Source: Podarcis tiliguerta
Taxonomy: Eukaryota
DNA: 64,000 nt
Assembly: GCA_965153285.1 (NCBI GenBank)
Contig: OZ229111.1
Direction: 5' to 3' (one strand)
Of the stretch, positions 25,069 to 38,791 are shown piece after piece. The position numbers and the translations under genes were made by a program. The notes under the pieces were generated by a model that did not search any database, was not told where the DNA came from, and saw only the letters and a list, made by a program, of their open reading frames with translations. Positions within the stretch are counted from its first letter, which is position 1. Each line of letters opens with the position of its first letter.

Positions 25069-27689
25069 CCTAAGGTATCTCATACCTAAGCAGTTTAGGA
25101 CTTTAACGGGAATCACCAACACTTTGAATTGAGCTCAGAAGCAAATTGGAACCAGTGCATCTATGTCATGCAGTAATTGTCTCAGTAGGCTTAAAACAAA
25201 TGGCAGCTAATATTTATTCAGCAAAAGGGCAGAAAGAGACCAATTCTGGTACTGCATAGCTAGAGATAGGAACAGGACTGCATATTAAGCCCAAGATTTG
25301 TGGCTTTTGCCAATATGCAACATAGAATATAATTTAAATGTTTTCTCCTATTTTATCAGGGATAGTGAATAGCTTTAGTTTAGTGCATCTCAAGGGAGTT
25401 GTTTAATCCATCTACTGCTTTGTTTTGTGAATTGCCCTGACAAATGCTGTCATTCTGGCAGAGAGACATTTAAGTGAACACTAGGCATTTCAGAAGATTT
25501 ATCCATGCCTTTTGTAAGTTAGCTTCAGAAAAACAACAAGGTGAGCAATCCTTTGTGCTTCAAGAATTGTAATAAGCACTAAAACAAAATTGGTTGTTGC
25601 AGCTCAGGAATGTTGTGGAGAAGTAACTGTGTAGGTGCCACTACATTCAGAAGAATGAGAACTTATTAATAGATATTGCAGTGCTCTAAAACAGGTAATG
25701 TGGTAAAAGAATCTGTTGCCTCAGTTGTTCAGCAGGGAATTGTTTCTCATATGGCATCAGACATTGACTCTAATTCAGCACAAACCATGCTAGCCCTTTA
25801 TTATTATTATTACTATTTATTATTATTTAGCTGCCCATGCTACTGATGGGGATGATTGCAACAACAGCTTCTTGCTGTCAGAGCAGCAGTGGTGGTGAGG
25901 GAAAAGGTACCTTCCTGTTCCATGAGTGCTTCCTCTATAATATTCATTTATTTATGCAGTGGTAGGAGGGGTGCTGGCACATCAAAGATGGTCACAGTCA
26001 CAGACAGGTCATTGGATTGAATCAACTTTCATTTTAGCCCTGTCTTCATTGCTAAATGAAACCTGGTGTTTTCCAGTTCTCAAGCCAACCATGTGATTAG
26101 TTTTGGGCAGTGCCAAACTAGCACAGCACCACACAGTGCTTTTTGTAGTAGTGTGCCAAAACCTAAATGCGCCTGCGGCAGTGAATGAGCTCAAGTGGCA
26201 ATGGTGCTGTATTTGTGGTCAAGAAGGAATTTTCCCTCAGATCAGATTGCCTTGTGCCTCTGGGAATATTTATTCATTTTGCCTTCCCAGGTTTTGAACG
26301 CATGAAGCTCAGGTGTATGAGACATTATTCTAGAGCAGCATTGTCTCTCTTGTTTGCTGGGCCTTTAATTCCTATTATTACTGTTAAAGGAGCAAGGGCC
26401 CAGGCAAAGAGGTGATGGCCCTATTCTACAACTATTTCCTGTACCCTTTCCCCTTAGTCAGATGATTTGTGATTATTTTTAGCCTGATTATGGAAAGATG
26501 ACTGCTTTCCTTCCAGTTGTGATTCCATATGCTCTAATTGCCTCTATTTAACCAAGGATGGTTCTGATTTTCTGATACCAGTTCCTTATAAACCACTTAT
26601 TTCTGCCTTTCAGATATTCACAACATCTTTTTAAAATATTTTTGTTAGCATGAGTTGATAGCTCTTTTCAGATGCTCAGCTCCATGTCCAGGATCTCTAG
26701 AAGTTCCATCCACCACCACCCTTGATGGCACAATCTGACATACCTACTCAGAATTAAGTCCCATTGAGTTCAGTGCCACTTACTACTAAATGCATGCCCA
26801 CAAGCAGTGAGGTTCTACACATGCATTACCTACTATTTCAGATGGCTGAGGCCCATGTTGAGCTCCTTGTGGAATGACAATGTTTTCTAAAATACCTTTA
26901 ACCCAAAGAACCAACATCTTCCTGTCCTTTAAAAAACAGTGCAGCACAAGCCTGTTGAACAACAAATGGATTTGGCATGCACTGCTGGAGTGGGACCTTC
27001 AGCAGTGTGAAATGGGGATGGGACATTCTCAGGTGTCAGAAGACTGGTTTAAAAGTGGGTTCCTATTATCATGTGAAGAAATGACTGGGGTTGCGTATGA
27101 TACTCAGCGCTGGTCCTGCCATTAGCAGATTGAGGCGGAGACCCCAACTGGGGCTAGGGAGAAACAGCAGTGTATTTGCAGGGCTGCATTCTTGATGTGC
27201 CAGGTAAGCTGTCCTGTATCCTCCTGAGTCTTGCTGCTTAGGGCCATTGAACTGTGCCTCTGCCAACAGCGAACTCTTCCAGCCTGGACATGGAGCTGGG
27301 GCTGGGGCCATCTTGCCCTTCCTCTCATGTAGCAAAACAGCTGAGCTTAGCCCTGGTGCGTCCATGACATTAGAAAAAGCAGGGCACTGGTTCCTAAGCA
27401 GCTAACAGGGCAGGCGGGTCTCCAAAAAGCCTCACTAGGTTAAGCCCAAACTCAAAAACGGAATTATTATTTTTTTAAGGCCCAGGTTCCAAGCTGCAAA
27501 AACTGAAATATCCGGATGGCGAGGGCCTTTCTCTGCGGGGTCACACAGCTTTGCCCACCGCATGACACACTCCAAGTCTCTCCAGGTGCAACGGGATTGA
27601 CGGTGCCACTCCGGACAGGTCTCCTCATGAGAAGGCCTCACTGACTTCAGAGGGAGGGGGGTTTTACTCCCAGGTCGAACGGGTATAGC

Positions 27690-28420
27690 AGCAATGCACC
27701 CCCACTTCCCAAATGTGTGCGTAGGACCGTGTAGCCACAGGGCGACGACCGTCGTGGTTTTAGGCGGCTTGAGAAGAGGCTGGACTCGGCTCAGCCTCGC
27801 ACTGAGCGGGACGACGACGACGACAAAAATGGCCGTTTTCCCTGCGCCGCGGTGCGCCAGCCACGCCGCTAGAGGGCGCAGTAGGCAGACAACAGCTCCC
27901 CCGGGCTCGGTCCGCGACGTGCGTAGCCCCCGTGACCCACCTGTGACTGTCGGGCCGGCCCCGGTTCGGAGACGGCGGAGTGTGCCCGGGTGGCGGCGGC
28001 GGCAGTGGCGCCGCAGCGGCAACGGCCCCGCTATGTGGCTGGGCCCGGAGGAGGTGCTGCTGGCCAACGCGCTGTGGGTGACGGAGCGGGCCAACCCCTT
28101 CTTCCTCCTGCAGCGGCGGCGGGGCCACGGCAAGGGGGGCGGCCTGACGGGTGAGTGGAGCCGCCGATCGCCAGCTGGGCGAGGAGGAGTTGGAAGAGGG
28201 GAGTCCGTCGGCCGCCGCCGCCGCCGCCCGGGGCCTCGCGGGCAGCAGAGGCGCTGCTGGGAAGGCCTCTCGGGGAGAGAATGGGCCCTGTCAGGGCAGC
28301 GCCCGAAAGCGCCTTCGCAGCCGCAAGCTGCCCCTCATCCCTCGCTTTAAAACGCACAGGGAGGCGGGCCTCTTCGCCCAGGGCCGCTGCGGCTTGCGGG
28401 TGTCAGGTCCAGTGCCCCCC
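27690..28420. promoter_or_regulatory. CpG island and promoter of TBC1D9B
   Basis: Very GC- and CpG-rich stretch around exon 1; YY1-like AAAATGGCC near 27826-27834; CTCF-like GCCGCTAGAGGGCGC at 27865-27879. Confidence 0.85.
28033..28150 (+). CDS. TBC1D9B: TBC1D9B exon 1
   Basis: ATG at 28033, [39 protein letters not shown], gtgagt donor, 118 nt. Confidence 0.95.
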
Positions 28421-30287
28421 CCCCCACCTGCCAAGTAGTTGGCTAGTGACATCGCCCGTTGCCCGTGGGTGTCTCTACCTCCCCACCCTTTGTCCAGGTG
28501 GACCAGAGAGGATGCTTCTGGGTGCTGAAAGGGTTTGGTCCTGCCCTGGGTGAAGGTGCCTGTGCGCAAAAGCACCGACACTGGTTTCCCCTTTCTCCCA
28601 AGGCTTTCAAATCAGCAGGCTCTTCTTGACTTGTGATCCCGCCCCGCCCCAGCCACCAACACAGGTGAAATTTGGGGGATGCGTGCCCCGTAAATATGTA
28701 TATTTGAATGTGCCCCTCCCGTGTGTGCCAATGAAATACAGAGGAGGGGCTCTGTGGAGTTTCGCAACGTCTGAAGTGGGGAGGAAACAAACAAACGAAA
28801 AACATTGTTGAGAGGCTTTTTTTTTATTAATACATCACTTGTATATTTTCATTTGGTAAATAATATGTCGGTATTGAAACATTTTACTTTAGAGCTTTGT
28901 AGGATATGTGCACAGTTTTAAAGGATTTCAGTGTAAACAAGGGAGCCAATTATTTTGCTTTTTAGAGGCTGACACTCTAATCCACATTATTTCAGCAGCT
29001 TAGTATTACACTTGTAACATTTGTGGTAGTTTTAAACAATAAAAGCTACTTTAAAGTAAAATTCCTGTATGCCAGTAGCATACCCACTCATTCGCTTGGC
29101 TCCCAGAGACAAGCTGAATTTATTCACGCTATATGCAGTACATCTGCACTGCAGATTCTTGAAGGCCCAATGCAGAGCAGCTCTGTGAATTGCTGCACAT
29201 CTGTTTAGCATGTATTTGTATTATAGATAAATTTGGTTCCAAGACAGTAAGTGTTGCCTATGTAAACACAGGAATGGCATTGCTGTGGTGTTGTTTTCTG
29301 TCACAGTCTCCCTGCAAAAGTATACTTTCTTGTGTTATCATTTCATTTGCCTCAACAGAAGTTAATCTCCATAGGACAGTGCAGACAATAGATTGGGTCC
29401 AGACTAAGACTGCAGTCCTATATCCACTTACCTAACAGTAAGCCCCATTGAACTCAGTGTGACTTACTTCTGAGTAATACAGTTTGCGCTGTGTTTGTTG
29501 TTGAATCAATAAGTCATGACTAATTTATCCCACAGATTTCAGTGGTACCTAAGTTCAGCTAACTTAGATCTGTAGCCTTGGTCATTTTCATGCCTAATTG
29601 TGGATTTTGCTTGTTGAATATGCTTGGATCTGGTAATTTGTTTGATATGGGCAGAAGAAGCTAGTGATCTTACACACATGATATGTATGTGGTAGATATG
29701 TATGTGGCAGCTGTATCTTTGCAGCTGCAAATCTTGCAAAAGTCTGCAAAATGCTTATATATAGTGGTATTTCAGGTATTTCAGCTGCTATCTCCCTAGC
29801 CTGAAGCTGGGTTCCTTTACAGTACTTTGCATAAGAAGGGATATTTCATCAGGCTCTTTTCCCTCATATCATAAGTGCTTCAAGCATTGCAAATTCCCAC
29901 ATATATGTATACAGGCCGCATACAGGCTTCTTAATATAGAAAGAGAGATTAAGCCAAAAACATTCACTGGTAATGTGGCAATAAAATGCTAACATTTCTT
30001 TTATTAGGAGAAAATGTTGTGTGTGTTGTTTTCTCAAACAGTGTTTTAAAAGATCCCAGTTTATCTCTCCAGACAGACTATCTATCCATTTAGAAAAGTA
30101 GTGCATGTATAATGATTATTTGTTATAAAAAGATTTATTAACGTAAAGTTGCCATTCAGGAAATACATTTTGCCTAGCACTCAAAATAGTTTTGCTCCTG
30201 AGAACATGTGATTTCCCTCCCTCCTCTGGTTTCATTTCACTAGTTAGTTACAGAAGTGTCCATAACACATTTTAAACAGAGTCTATA

Positions 30288-30570
30288 GGCCAAGGGAGCC
30301 TGTCTTTGTCCGCAGATAGCTTCCAGGTCATGTGGCCAGCATGACTAAGCCGCTTCTGGCGAACCAGAGCAGCGTACGGAAACGCCATTTACCTTCCCAC
30401 TGGAGCGGTACCTATTTATCTACTTGCACTGCATGCTTTCGAACTGCTAGGTGGGCAGGAGCTGGGACCGAATAACGAGAGCTCACCCTGTCACTGGGAT
30501 TCAAACTGCTGATCTTCCGATCGGCAAGCCCTAGGCTCTGTAATTTAGACCACAGTGCCACCCGCGTCCC
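30288..30570 (-). mobile_element. Sauria SINE, lacking its 3' tail
   Basis: 5' end GGGACGCGGGTGGCACTGTGG on the minus strand; body similar to 41809-42170. Confidence 0.85.
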
Positions 30571-30585
30571 TGATAATGTGCTGTA

Positions 30586-30643
30586 TAATAATAATAATAA
30601 TAATAATATTAATAATAATAAGAAGAAGAAGAAGAAGAAGAAG
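30586..30643. repeat. Compound (AAT)n(AAG)n microsatellite
   Basis: Read directly. Confidence 0.9.
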
Positions 30644-32585
30644 TAATGAACAACAAAAGTCTTCCCTCCCCAGTGTCCACGTCATTTTGTTAAAATTTTA
30701 ATATATTCTGGAAAGAAAGAAAGAATGCTTGTGGAATGCCTTGAATCTCTTAACCACAGTTAAGAAATTGGAGAGTATTCCATATGCAGCCAGCATCTAC
30801 AGTGTAAAGGGACTTTGATAGCATTTTCTTTTTCTTTGTAAAATTGCAAACACATTAAAAACAACAACAACACCCTGCTCTTCAGGAGCTCGTGCTTGGA
30901 GCTTGCAGCAGGGACTGGCCCTACTTAGGAAGTCCTAAGGGGAGTTTATCACAGCCAGGTTTGTATTTGTTGCCAAATTTAAATCACTGGTTTATGCATT
31001 GGCATTCTTTGTTTATTTTACAAGCAAATGAAACTTGCACTCTGTAAGTTTATGTACATACTCTTGGCTGTTACAGAAAGTTGCCCCTCCCCAAGCTGGA
31101 CAACACAACAGAACTCCTGTAGCCCAGCATTCTGCCACAGGTATACCTTGGCTTGCTCTGTGCTGGAATGCACATAGAAAGGCCTCTGTTATGAAGTAAA
31201 CATCATGTCCAGAGTTTGGACAAGCTGTCTAGGAAGAATTGTATCTTGGGCTACACATGCACCAGATTTCAGCTTTGTGGGTGGTCTAGCAATACTGTGA
31301 ACATTTTGAAATACACCTATAAGGTTGTCATGTTCCAGTAAAAACATAAAAGTCTATTGTTGCATCTGTATGTGATTTCTTATGGCATAAGCTTTTGTGT
31401 ACTTAACCAGATGCTTGGTATCATTTGGGTAGGGTGTGTGAGAGAGACTGAAAGAGAAAATTGGAACAGAAATGGCCTTGAAAAGCAAACTACTCAAATT
31501 TTTTAGATTGTTTGTGTCAAGTTTAAACTTTTGGGGTGGCCTGAGCATCTTTATAAATTAATAAATTTATAATTTACTATATTGAAAATAACTTCTAACG
31601 ATTCTCAACAAATCTGAATTATATATAAAAAAATCATAGATTAAATATACAGATCTTGCATACTTTGTAACAACTTAGTTTTATCATCTTGGGAAAACAA
31701 GCAGTTATTTGTTGTCTTACCCCTCCCCACAACTAAATGACACAAATAGGAATGCCCTGCATCATTTATGGAAGATACTCAGGATATGAAATTAGTAAAT
31801 CCCTAAAGGAAGAGAGTTCTAGTTCTAAAGGGATGCATCACTGAGAGTGCCTCCCTACACGCACGTCTCTGTTGTTTGGACGTGGTATATACAAAGTATA
31901 TTTAAGAGGGCGTTCTCAGCTGCTCTTGGAGACTACAACTTCTTTTCAGGTACACAGTGCCAATTGGAAAGCTAATGCATTAGCTTAACTTCCTTCAATA
32001 TTTCATTGGCAATGATATACTGTCAGTATAATTCTGCACCCACTCACCATCACATAATTCTCTCTAGTCTTTGTCCACTCAGAAAATGTGCAACAGGCCT
32101 AACACTGTGTAAAATAGTAAATAACATTACTGCTTATAGCATTCTGAAGGCATTTGCGAAGAAGCTTCAAGTATGCTATTCTAACACTGCATTAAACCCA
32201 GTTTTGATGTTGTATAAATTTCAGTTCTCCTTCAGCTGTTGTGCCTCAGTGTTCCTTTCCCTGTTAAGAATGCATTGTTTTAGCGACTCTGCTTTTCAAA
32301 TGTTTGTGAAACCTCAGTCTCTCCTTAATGTGCAAAGTGTGGTTTGTGCTTGCCGTTCAGATCAGGATGGATTGACCTTTGTTATTACCAATTTTGGTTT
32401 GAAGGGAAAGCACTAACAATAGTTTGGACAACTAGGCAAATATGATTTGGCACTACCCCAAAAAGAAAGTGGAATTTGCCCATGCACAAGGGGCATGGTT
32501 TGGCATTGTGTCTGAACCAAGCATTTCAGACAGTTGCTTTATCTGTGTGTGTGGTTTTTTTTAAGTGGGGTGGCTTAAACAACCT

Positions 32586-32935
32586 AAGATGACCATGGGG
32601 ATGATGGAACAACTCCCCTAAGAGGAAAGGTTACAACATTTGGGACTTTGGTTCAGAGAAAAGGCAGCATGATAGGGGTGTATAAAATTATGCATGGTGT
32701 AGAGAAGGTGAACACAGAGTTTTTTTATTCCTCCCTCATAATACTGGAACTCAGAGACATCCAGTGAAACTGTTGGAGACAGTATGCCCTGAATACCAGT
32801 TGCCGTTCGTGGCAGGTGGGATGAATGCTGTAGTGCTTAGGTCCTGTTTGTGGGCTTCCCTTGGGCATCTGCTTAGGCACTCTTAAGAAGAATGTTGGAC
32901 TAGATGGGCCTTTTGTTTGATTCAGTAGACCCTTC
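32586..32935 (+). mobile_element. CR1 LINE 3' fragment
   Basis: GAGGAAAGGTTA..CATTTGGG..TATAAAATTATGCATGGTGTAGAGAAGGTG and the terminal TTGGACTAGATGGGCC are typical of CR1 3' ends; boundaries approximate. Confidence 0.65.
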
Positions 32936-33068
32936 TTGGGATCTCACATCCTTTATCAACTTTTGTATCAATAAACACTTTATTTTAAATCATCCCACCA
33001 TTTATTTCACTCTCTCATTTGCTCAGATCATATTCATTATGTTTCTCTCTGCATCTTGGTCTTCTTAG

Positions 33069-33179
33069 GGCTACTTGTGGGAACCTTGGATGTGGTTTTG
33101 GACTCAAGTGCTAGGGTTGCTCCTTACAGAATTTTACATCAGACGCAGGATTCTCAAATCTATTGGGCAGTGGCATGTG
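33069..33179 (+). CDS. TBC1D9B: TBC1D9B exon 2
   Basis: [37 protein letters not shown]; AG/GT, 111 nt. Confidence 0.95.
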
Positions 33180-33356
33180 GTGAGTAAATACCATTCTATA
33201 ACAAATAAATTCTGCCAGTGTATGATTGCTGTCCCCCACAGCCAGCTTTTAAATGCTCTTTAACTACAATATCCTCAAAAGGATTTTTGAGCAGTTCAAG
33301 TGCTCTTCAGAGGCACATTCTGAAAAGTTTAGAAAAATCTGGGTGTACATGTAGAC

Positions 33357-33675
33357 CAGGGGTCAACAACCTTTTTCAGCCATGGGCCTGTCCACCGTTC
33401 CTCAGATCATGTGGGGGGCCAGACTATATTTTGAAAAAATAATAATGAATGAATTCCTATGCCCCACAAATAATCCAGAGATGCATTTTAAATAGAAGCA
33501 CACATTCTACTCATGTAAAAACACCAGGCAGGCCCCACAAATAACCCAGAGATGCATTTTAAATAAAAGGACACATTCTACTCATGTAAAAACACGCTGA
33601 TTCCCGGACCGTCCGTGGGATTGAGAAGGCGATTGGGCCGCATCCAGCCCCTGGGCCTTAGGTTGCCTACCCCTG
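33357..33675. mobile_element. hAT (Charlie-like) MITE, intact
   Basis: Terminal inverted repeats CAGGGGTCAACAACCT / AGGTTGCCTACCCCTG; perfect 8-bp target-site duplication ATGTAGAC; internal ~65-bp direct repeat at about 33461 and 33532. Confidence 0.9.
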
Positions 33676-34039
33676 ATGTAGACCATGGTTGCACATCTGG
33701 ATTATGGCCATTTTACTCAAGGTTTTAATCCAATATTCTGTAATTGTATCAGGTGGAGTAGAAAAAAAACCTGATTGTCCAGGATCTGTTCAAAACCAAT
33801 TGGCTGATAGCAAGCAAATTTGTGTGAAGTAGAGGGTGGGCTGGTGGGGAGCTAGCAGAGGTATATTAAGTAAATACTGGCTATCTAATTTAACCAGTAG
33901 TAGAAAGTATTTGATATAAGGAATGGAAGGTTAAAGTTTGCTTTTAAGTGGCGAAGTTACAGTTAAACCATAAAAGAACAACACCTCCCACCCCACCCCA
34001 AAAATACAGATAGAGAAACAGCAGGAAGCATGATTACCA

Positions 34040-34645
34040 TAATCCTTCAAAAAACCTGGGAGAAGAGTACATCTGATCCCGGTGCTAAAAGGATATTGAT
34101 GCTGGTGCCAGGCAGGCTTTACAGAAGAGAGTATTCAATAAATTGGAGGGAGGGTAATTGAAATGCTCACTGAATCTTTCTCATAGAGAGCACCTGGAGA
34201 AAAGCCTCGGATGCAGTATGCATGTCCAATCAGGAGATGTGTTCCGTTAGATATTGGTGTCTTGACCTGTATATGGCTTTGTATGTTAAAACCAGCACTT
34301 TGAATTGAGCTTCAGAAAATATACATAGCCACTGTCATTTTGCCAGAACTGGTGATGTGGTGAGATAGCTACATGTCCACCAGCAGCCTCGCTGCTGCAT
34401 TATGCACCAGCTGCAGTTTCCTAGCCATCGTCAGAGGCAGCCCCACATACACCACATTGCAGTAATCTAATCGAGAGGTTTCTAGATTACAGATTACTGA
34501 CACTGGATTATCCCTTTCCATGGAAGGAACATAGCTAGACTGCCAAGCTAAAAGCTGGTAGAAGGCACTCCATGCTACTGGAGCCACTTCTGCCCCCAGT
34601 GATAGTAGTGGATCTGAGAGAACCCCAAAACTATCGACCTGCTCC
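34040..34645 (-). mobile_element. L2-clade LINE fragment
   Basis: ORF 34369..34587 contains SRLDYCNVVYVGLP...KLQLVHNAAARLL; boundaries approximate. Confidence 0.75.
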
Positions 34646-34687
34646 TTATAGTAGCTGTTATCTGATTGTTTCTGAATTTCTCCTTAG

Positions 34688-34806
34688 GTTCATCGCGTAA
34701 GGAAATAACAAAACACTGGGAATGGCTAGAAAATAACCTGCTTCAGACACTTTCCATCTTTGACAATGAAGAAGATATCACTACCTTTGTCAAGGGCAAG
34801 ATACAT
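34688..34806 (+). CDS. TBC1D9B: TBC1D9B exon 3
   Basis: GSSRKEITKHWEWLENNLLQTLSIFDNEEDITTFVKGKIH; 119 nt. Confidence 0.95.
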
Positions 34807-35648
34807 GTAAGTGGCACCTATTTGTCATGGAACTTTTCCAGTTTTTTAGCAATAGAATGGCAATCCATAAGAACTGCAGGCTGTGAATTGCTACATAAAG
34901 CTGGATTTAGGACAAATATTTGCCATATGCTATGAGGAAGGGATGAAAGAGCCACCTATCTAGAGTGTTTTCGTTTCACCTGGAACAAATAAAATAGGCT
35001 GGCTAGTTTAACATTCTACCATATAGTTAAAGATCAACACTATGATTGTGCTTGAGCCAAGGTTCAGTTTGAACAGACTTCCATATATTTTCATCTATCC
35101 TTGCTTCTGCAAAGATATGTACGCTGTTGCTTCCTTTCCATCTGGAAGTATTTTTTCTGCCTTCCATTGCAGTTGTACGCCTTCACTGCGTGCATGATTT
35201 TCTTTACAGTAGGTTTGGCACTTGAGGCTTAAACCAGTGCTCTCATTAGACATGGCGAGCTCTTTCTCTTAGTGAGACATTGCGGCCCCAGAGGGTGCTA
35301 CTTTAAAAGTGTTAAACTTTACTGCACTGAAATTCTTAAGAAGCTTTTGCACAATGACAGCACAGGCACTCGCTAGGTCACACATGGGGAGCAATGGGGC
35401 TCAACGTGCTAGTGGAAGAGGCAGTGTCTCAAAGTGCACCATGCTTTCAGCCAGCCCTGATTTAAAACTTTGCATGAGTCAGCGTAAAACAAATAAACAT
35501 AAATAAATTTTGAAGGCAGTTCACACAACATTGGGTGCCTTGTCACAAATGTTACTGGCAGTATTCAGTATGCACATGTGCATTGGCACAACCACTCAAC
35601 AAGCACAGTAGTCGTGGATGAGCTATCACATATTTCAGAGTACACTGC

Positions 35649-35650
<2 letters not shown>

Positions 35651-35688
<38 letters not shown>
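35651..35688. repeat. (AT)19 microsatellite
   Basis: Read directly. Confidence 0.95.
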
Positions 35689-35690
<2 letters not shown>

Positions 35691-35906
35691 CAGTCTTTCA
35701 ATCAGGCGTGAGGAACCCCTGGCCCTCCAGATGCCGCCCAACGACAGACATTGAACTTTGAGTGTTTGGAAATTGTATTATATCCACCCAGAAGCATAAC
35801 CTCAAGTGGTACACTTGTCAGCTGTGCATAGCAAATAAATAATGCAACAAAGAAATGTAGAGGCCATTATGTTTTCATCTGCTACTTTTGCTATTCCTTC
35901 CTGCAG

Positions 35907-36135
35907 GGCATTATTGCTGAAGAAAATAAGAATCAGCAGCCTCAGGGGGAAGAAGATCCTGGTAAATTTAAAGAAGCTGAACTGAAGATGCATAAACAGT
36001 TCGGAATGCCTGAAGTAGAGAAACTAGTGAATTACTATTCCTGCAGCTATTGGAAAGGGCGAGTCCCTAGGCAAGGCTGGCTGTATCTGACTGTTAATCA
36101 CCTTTGTTTCTATTCTTTCCTTTTAGGCAAAGAAG
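35907..36135 (+). CDS. TBC1D9B: TBC1D9B exon 4 (GRAM 1)
   Basis: [76 protein letters not shown]; 229 nt. Confidence 0.95.
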
Positions 36136-36565
36136 GTAAGTGGTCAGCTGCTTTTTTTTTTTTGTCCAACACTTCTAACTGCCCTTTTTAAAGGTGGTTT
36201 TATATCTGATTGTATATCCATATTGTCTTAATAGTGAGCCCCAGTTGGGGCAGTGGAAGAAATTGGCACTCCAGAAGGGAGGGGAGGTTGCACTCCTGTT
36301 TGTTTGTTTTTTAGTGATATTTAAGCAATCAGCAGCCCTACATCCATGCTGCATCCCCCAAATTTTATTTGAACAACATTTGTAAAATATTTTGCAGGGC
36401 TTCCTTCCCAATCTGTTTTCTTTCTGCTTAAGTACTTCACTGAATCAAGCTATAATTAAAAAAAGAAAAACAGATAGGCTTCAAATCTGTTGTGTTCTAA
36501 TTTGTTTAAAATGTCTGTTAGAAATCTGATAGTAATTGTTGCTTTGCGTTTGCATGTTTCCCTAG

Positions 36566-36824
36566 TGACCTTAATAGTCCAGTGGGTAGATGTAACCCAG
36601 CTGGAGAAGAATGCCACCCTTCTATTCCCTGAATGCATCAAAGTGAGTACCAGGGACAGTGAGCTCTACTTCTCTATGTTCCTCAACATCAACGAGACCT
36701 TCAAGTTAATGGAACAGCTGGCTAACATTGCCATGCGGCAACTATTTGATAATAAAGGGTATGTGGAGGACATGTTGCTTCCTAAGCCCAGCAAGCCTCT
36801 CAAAAATATTTCAGCACTCAAAAG
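36566..36824 (+). CDS. TBC1D9B: TBC1D9B exon 5
   Basis: VTLIVQWVDVTQLEKNATLLFPECIKV...KNISALK; 259 nt. Confidence 0.95.
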
Positions 36825-37915
36825 GTATGTCTGTCTGTCTTTCTGTCCATCTCCCTCCCTCTCCTGCTACACTCACACACACCTTGGCATGAGGAATAAT
36901 TTTAAGAATTGTTAAATTTGTCCCTGGACTCGATTGTATCATTGTGTCTGGAAATCACAGAAACATAAACCATGTGGATTAAGTTTTCCAGAAATTTAGG
37001 TTTTATATTGGACAGCTTTCAGCCCCTTCCCATGGATCCTATTTACTTTTCTTGAACCTACTAAGTGATTCAGGAACCTTTGACTTGTACTGGACATGGA
37101 AAATAGACTGTAGAAAAATTAATATTTGTGAAGTTGTTCTCTTGGTGTCATTCCAATGGAAGGATATTAGTTTTCTGATTGTATACTATGGGCTTGCACT
37201 AATTCATCATAGGGCTGTGTTCCTCCTCATCTCAACCACTCTAGTGTGTAATTTCATAAGATCTCGGTAGACCAGCCCATTATGGAGAATGGGTGTTTTT
37301 GTGCATCTCCCCATCCATTCTTTTGTTCAGGTAGTGCTGGGAGGGCTGGATGGCATGTTAGAAGCATGAACAGACCTTCCATTCTCTAGCAGTTTGGGGT
37401 GCTGAGTGTCTCCATGTACACAGAAGTAGGGAAGAAAAAGGTTCTATTATACCCTATGGGGATCCCTTGTGGGTACTGAACTTTTGTTGGACTAGATCCA
37501 CCATCTTTGACACTGAAGTTGACAAAATGTATTTTCCTTTTATTTGAGCATTATTTTTGTCATTGCCTGCATTTTTTCACAATTTATGTATTAATTTATA
37601 TATAGAAATAGTTGTATACCACCATCTCATAAAATGTCAGGGTGTTGTACAGCAATATACTGGTTCTTCTCACCACAAAAGATATTATAGAGCTGTAAAA
37701 GGTTAAGAAAAGGGCAACCAAACGATTATGGGGATGAAAAGTATTTATCATCACTAGAGATTTTTGCCTCTCAATACTCAGGCCTAAGTTTGTGTTTGAT
37801 GGAAATAGAATCTTGAGTGAGCTGCATTGAAATGGGGCATTTCCTGTAATGGTTGGATAGTGGAATGTATTATTTTCCCACTTAGTATCTGGTGTATATT
37901 ATCATTTTTCTTCAG

Positions 37916-38123
37916 AGATTTGGATGCTCGAGCCAAAAACGAATGGTACCGTGCTTCATTTCGACTTCCTAAGGATGAACGTCTTGATGGGCATACAGAT
38001 TGTACTTTGTGGACCCCATTCAACAAAATTCACATTCCTGGACAGATGTTTGTTTCCAACAACTATATTTGTTTTGCTAGCAAGGCAGAGGAGGCTTGCC
38101 ATCTCATAATACCACTCAGGGAG
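37916..38123 (+). CDS. TBC1D9B: TBC1D9B exon 6 (GRAM 2)
   Basis: RDLDARAKNEWYRASFRLPKDERLDGHTDCTLWTPFNK...IIPLRE; 208 nt. Confidence 0.95.
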
Positions 38124-38791
38124 GTGAGACTCTGTTTCTTAAGGATGAATTGTCTTATCTCATTGATAAGTATCTCATTGTTACTCAGTTACATGCTTAT
38201 TCAATTTTTTTCAGGAAAAAAATTGAAGGTTTGTTTTTTGAGTGTTAGTAGATTGGCCTATTGGTTAAATAATTTTCTAGGCTGATGGTGACAAGATCCT
38301 GTTATATTTTTCAGCTGCGGCTATATTTTGAGATGGGAGCTGATAGGAATTCTGTGGCCACTGTTTGAAGAAGCAGTTTTATATACACAATAGAGAGTCA
38401 AACACATCCAAGGGCTCCCTCTCCACTTTTGTCAGAGCAGCTTCCAAAGTCAAAGAACCAAACCATTTTTTGGTTTAGCGTGAGAACCATCTGAAATAAA
38501 GCAGGTGTTTCAGAAGTGTGGAACTTAAGTAGAATAGCCTTTCTTTATCACACTTCTTGCAGCATTTCAGTTTTCTATGTTTCACATGCACTGTGGCATC
38601 TACCTGTACAGAAAAAAACTCAGTGTCTTCAGGAATATCTTGACAGCATTCACCTCCATATGTATCAGTTATGGAGTTGTTAATAAGATAACTGACATAG
38701 TTGTGAATAATCTATTAAAAGTTAAATTTAGAAGTTATGTTAATACAGAGGAACCTGATACACCCAAATGATCCCCATGTATATTCTCTAG

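Noticed and set aside
17300-27400. Hidden protein-coding gene in the RNF130-TBC1D9B interval
   Set aside because: The short ORFs show no recognisable domains or consistent exon chain; a non-coding transcript cannot be excluded from sequence alone.
27435-28805. Multiple overlapping long ORFs on both strands
   Set aside because: These are expected in a stop-poor CpG island; only 28033-28150 matches a known protein.
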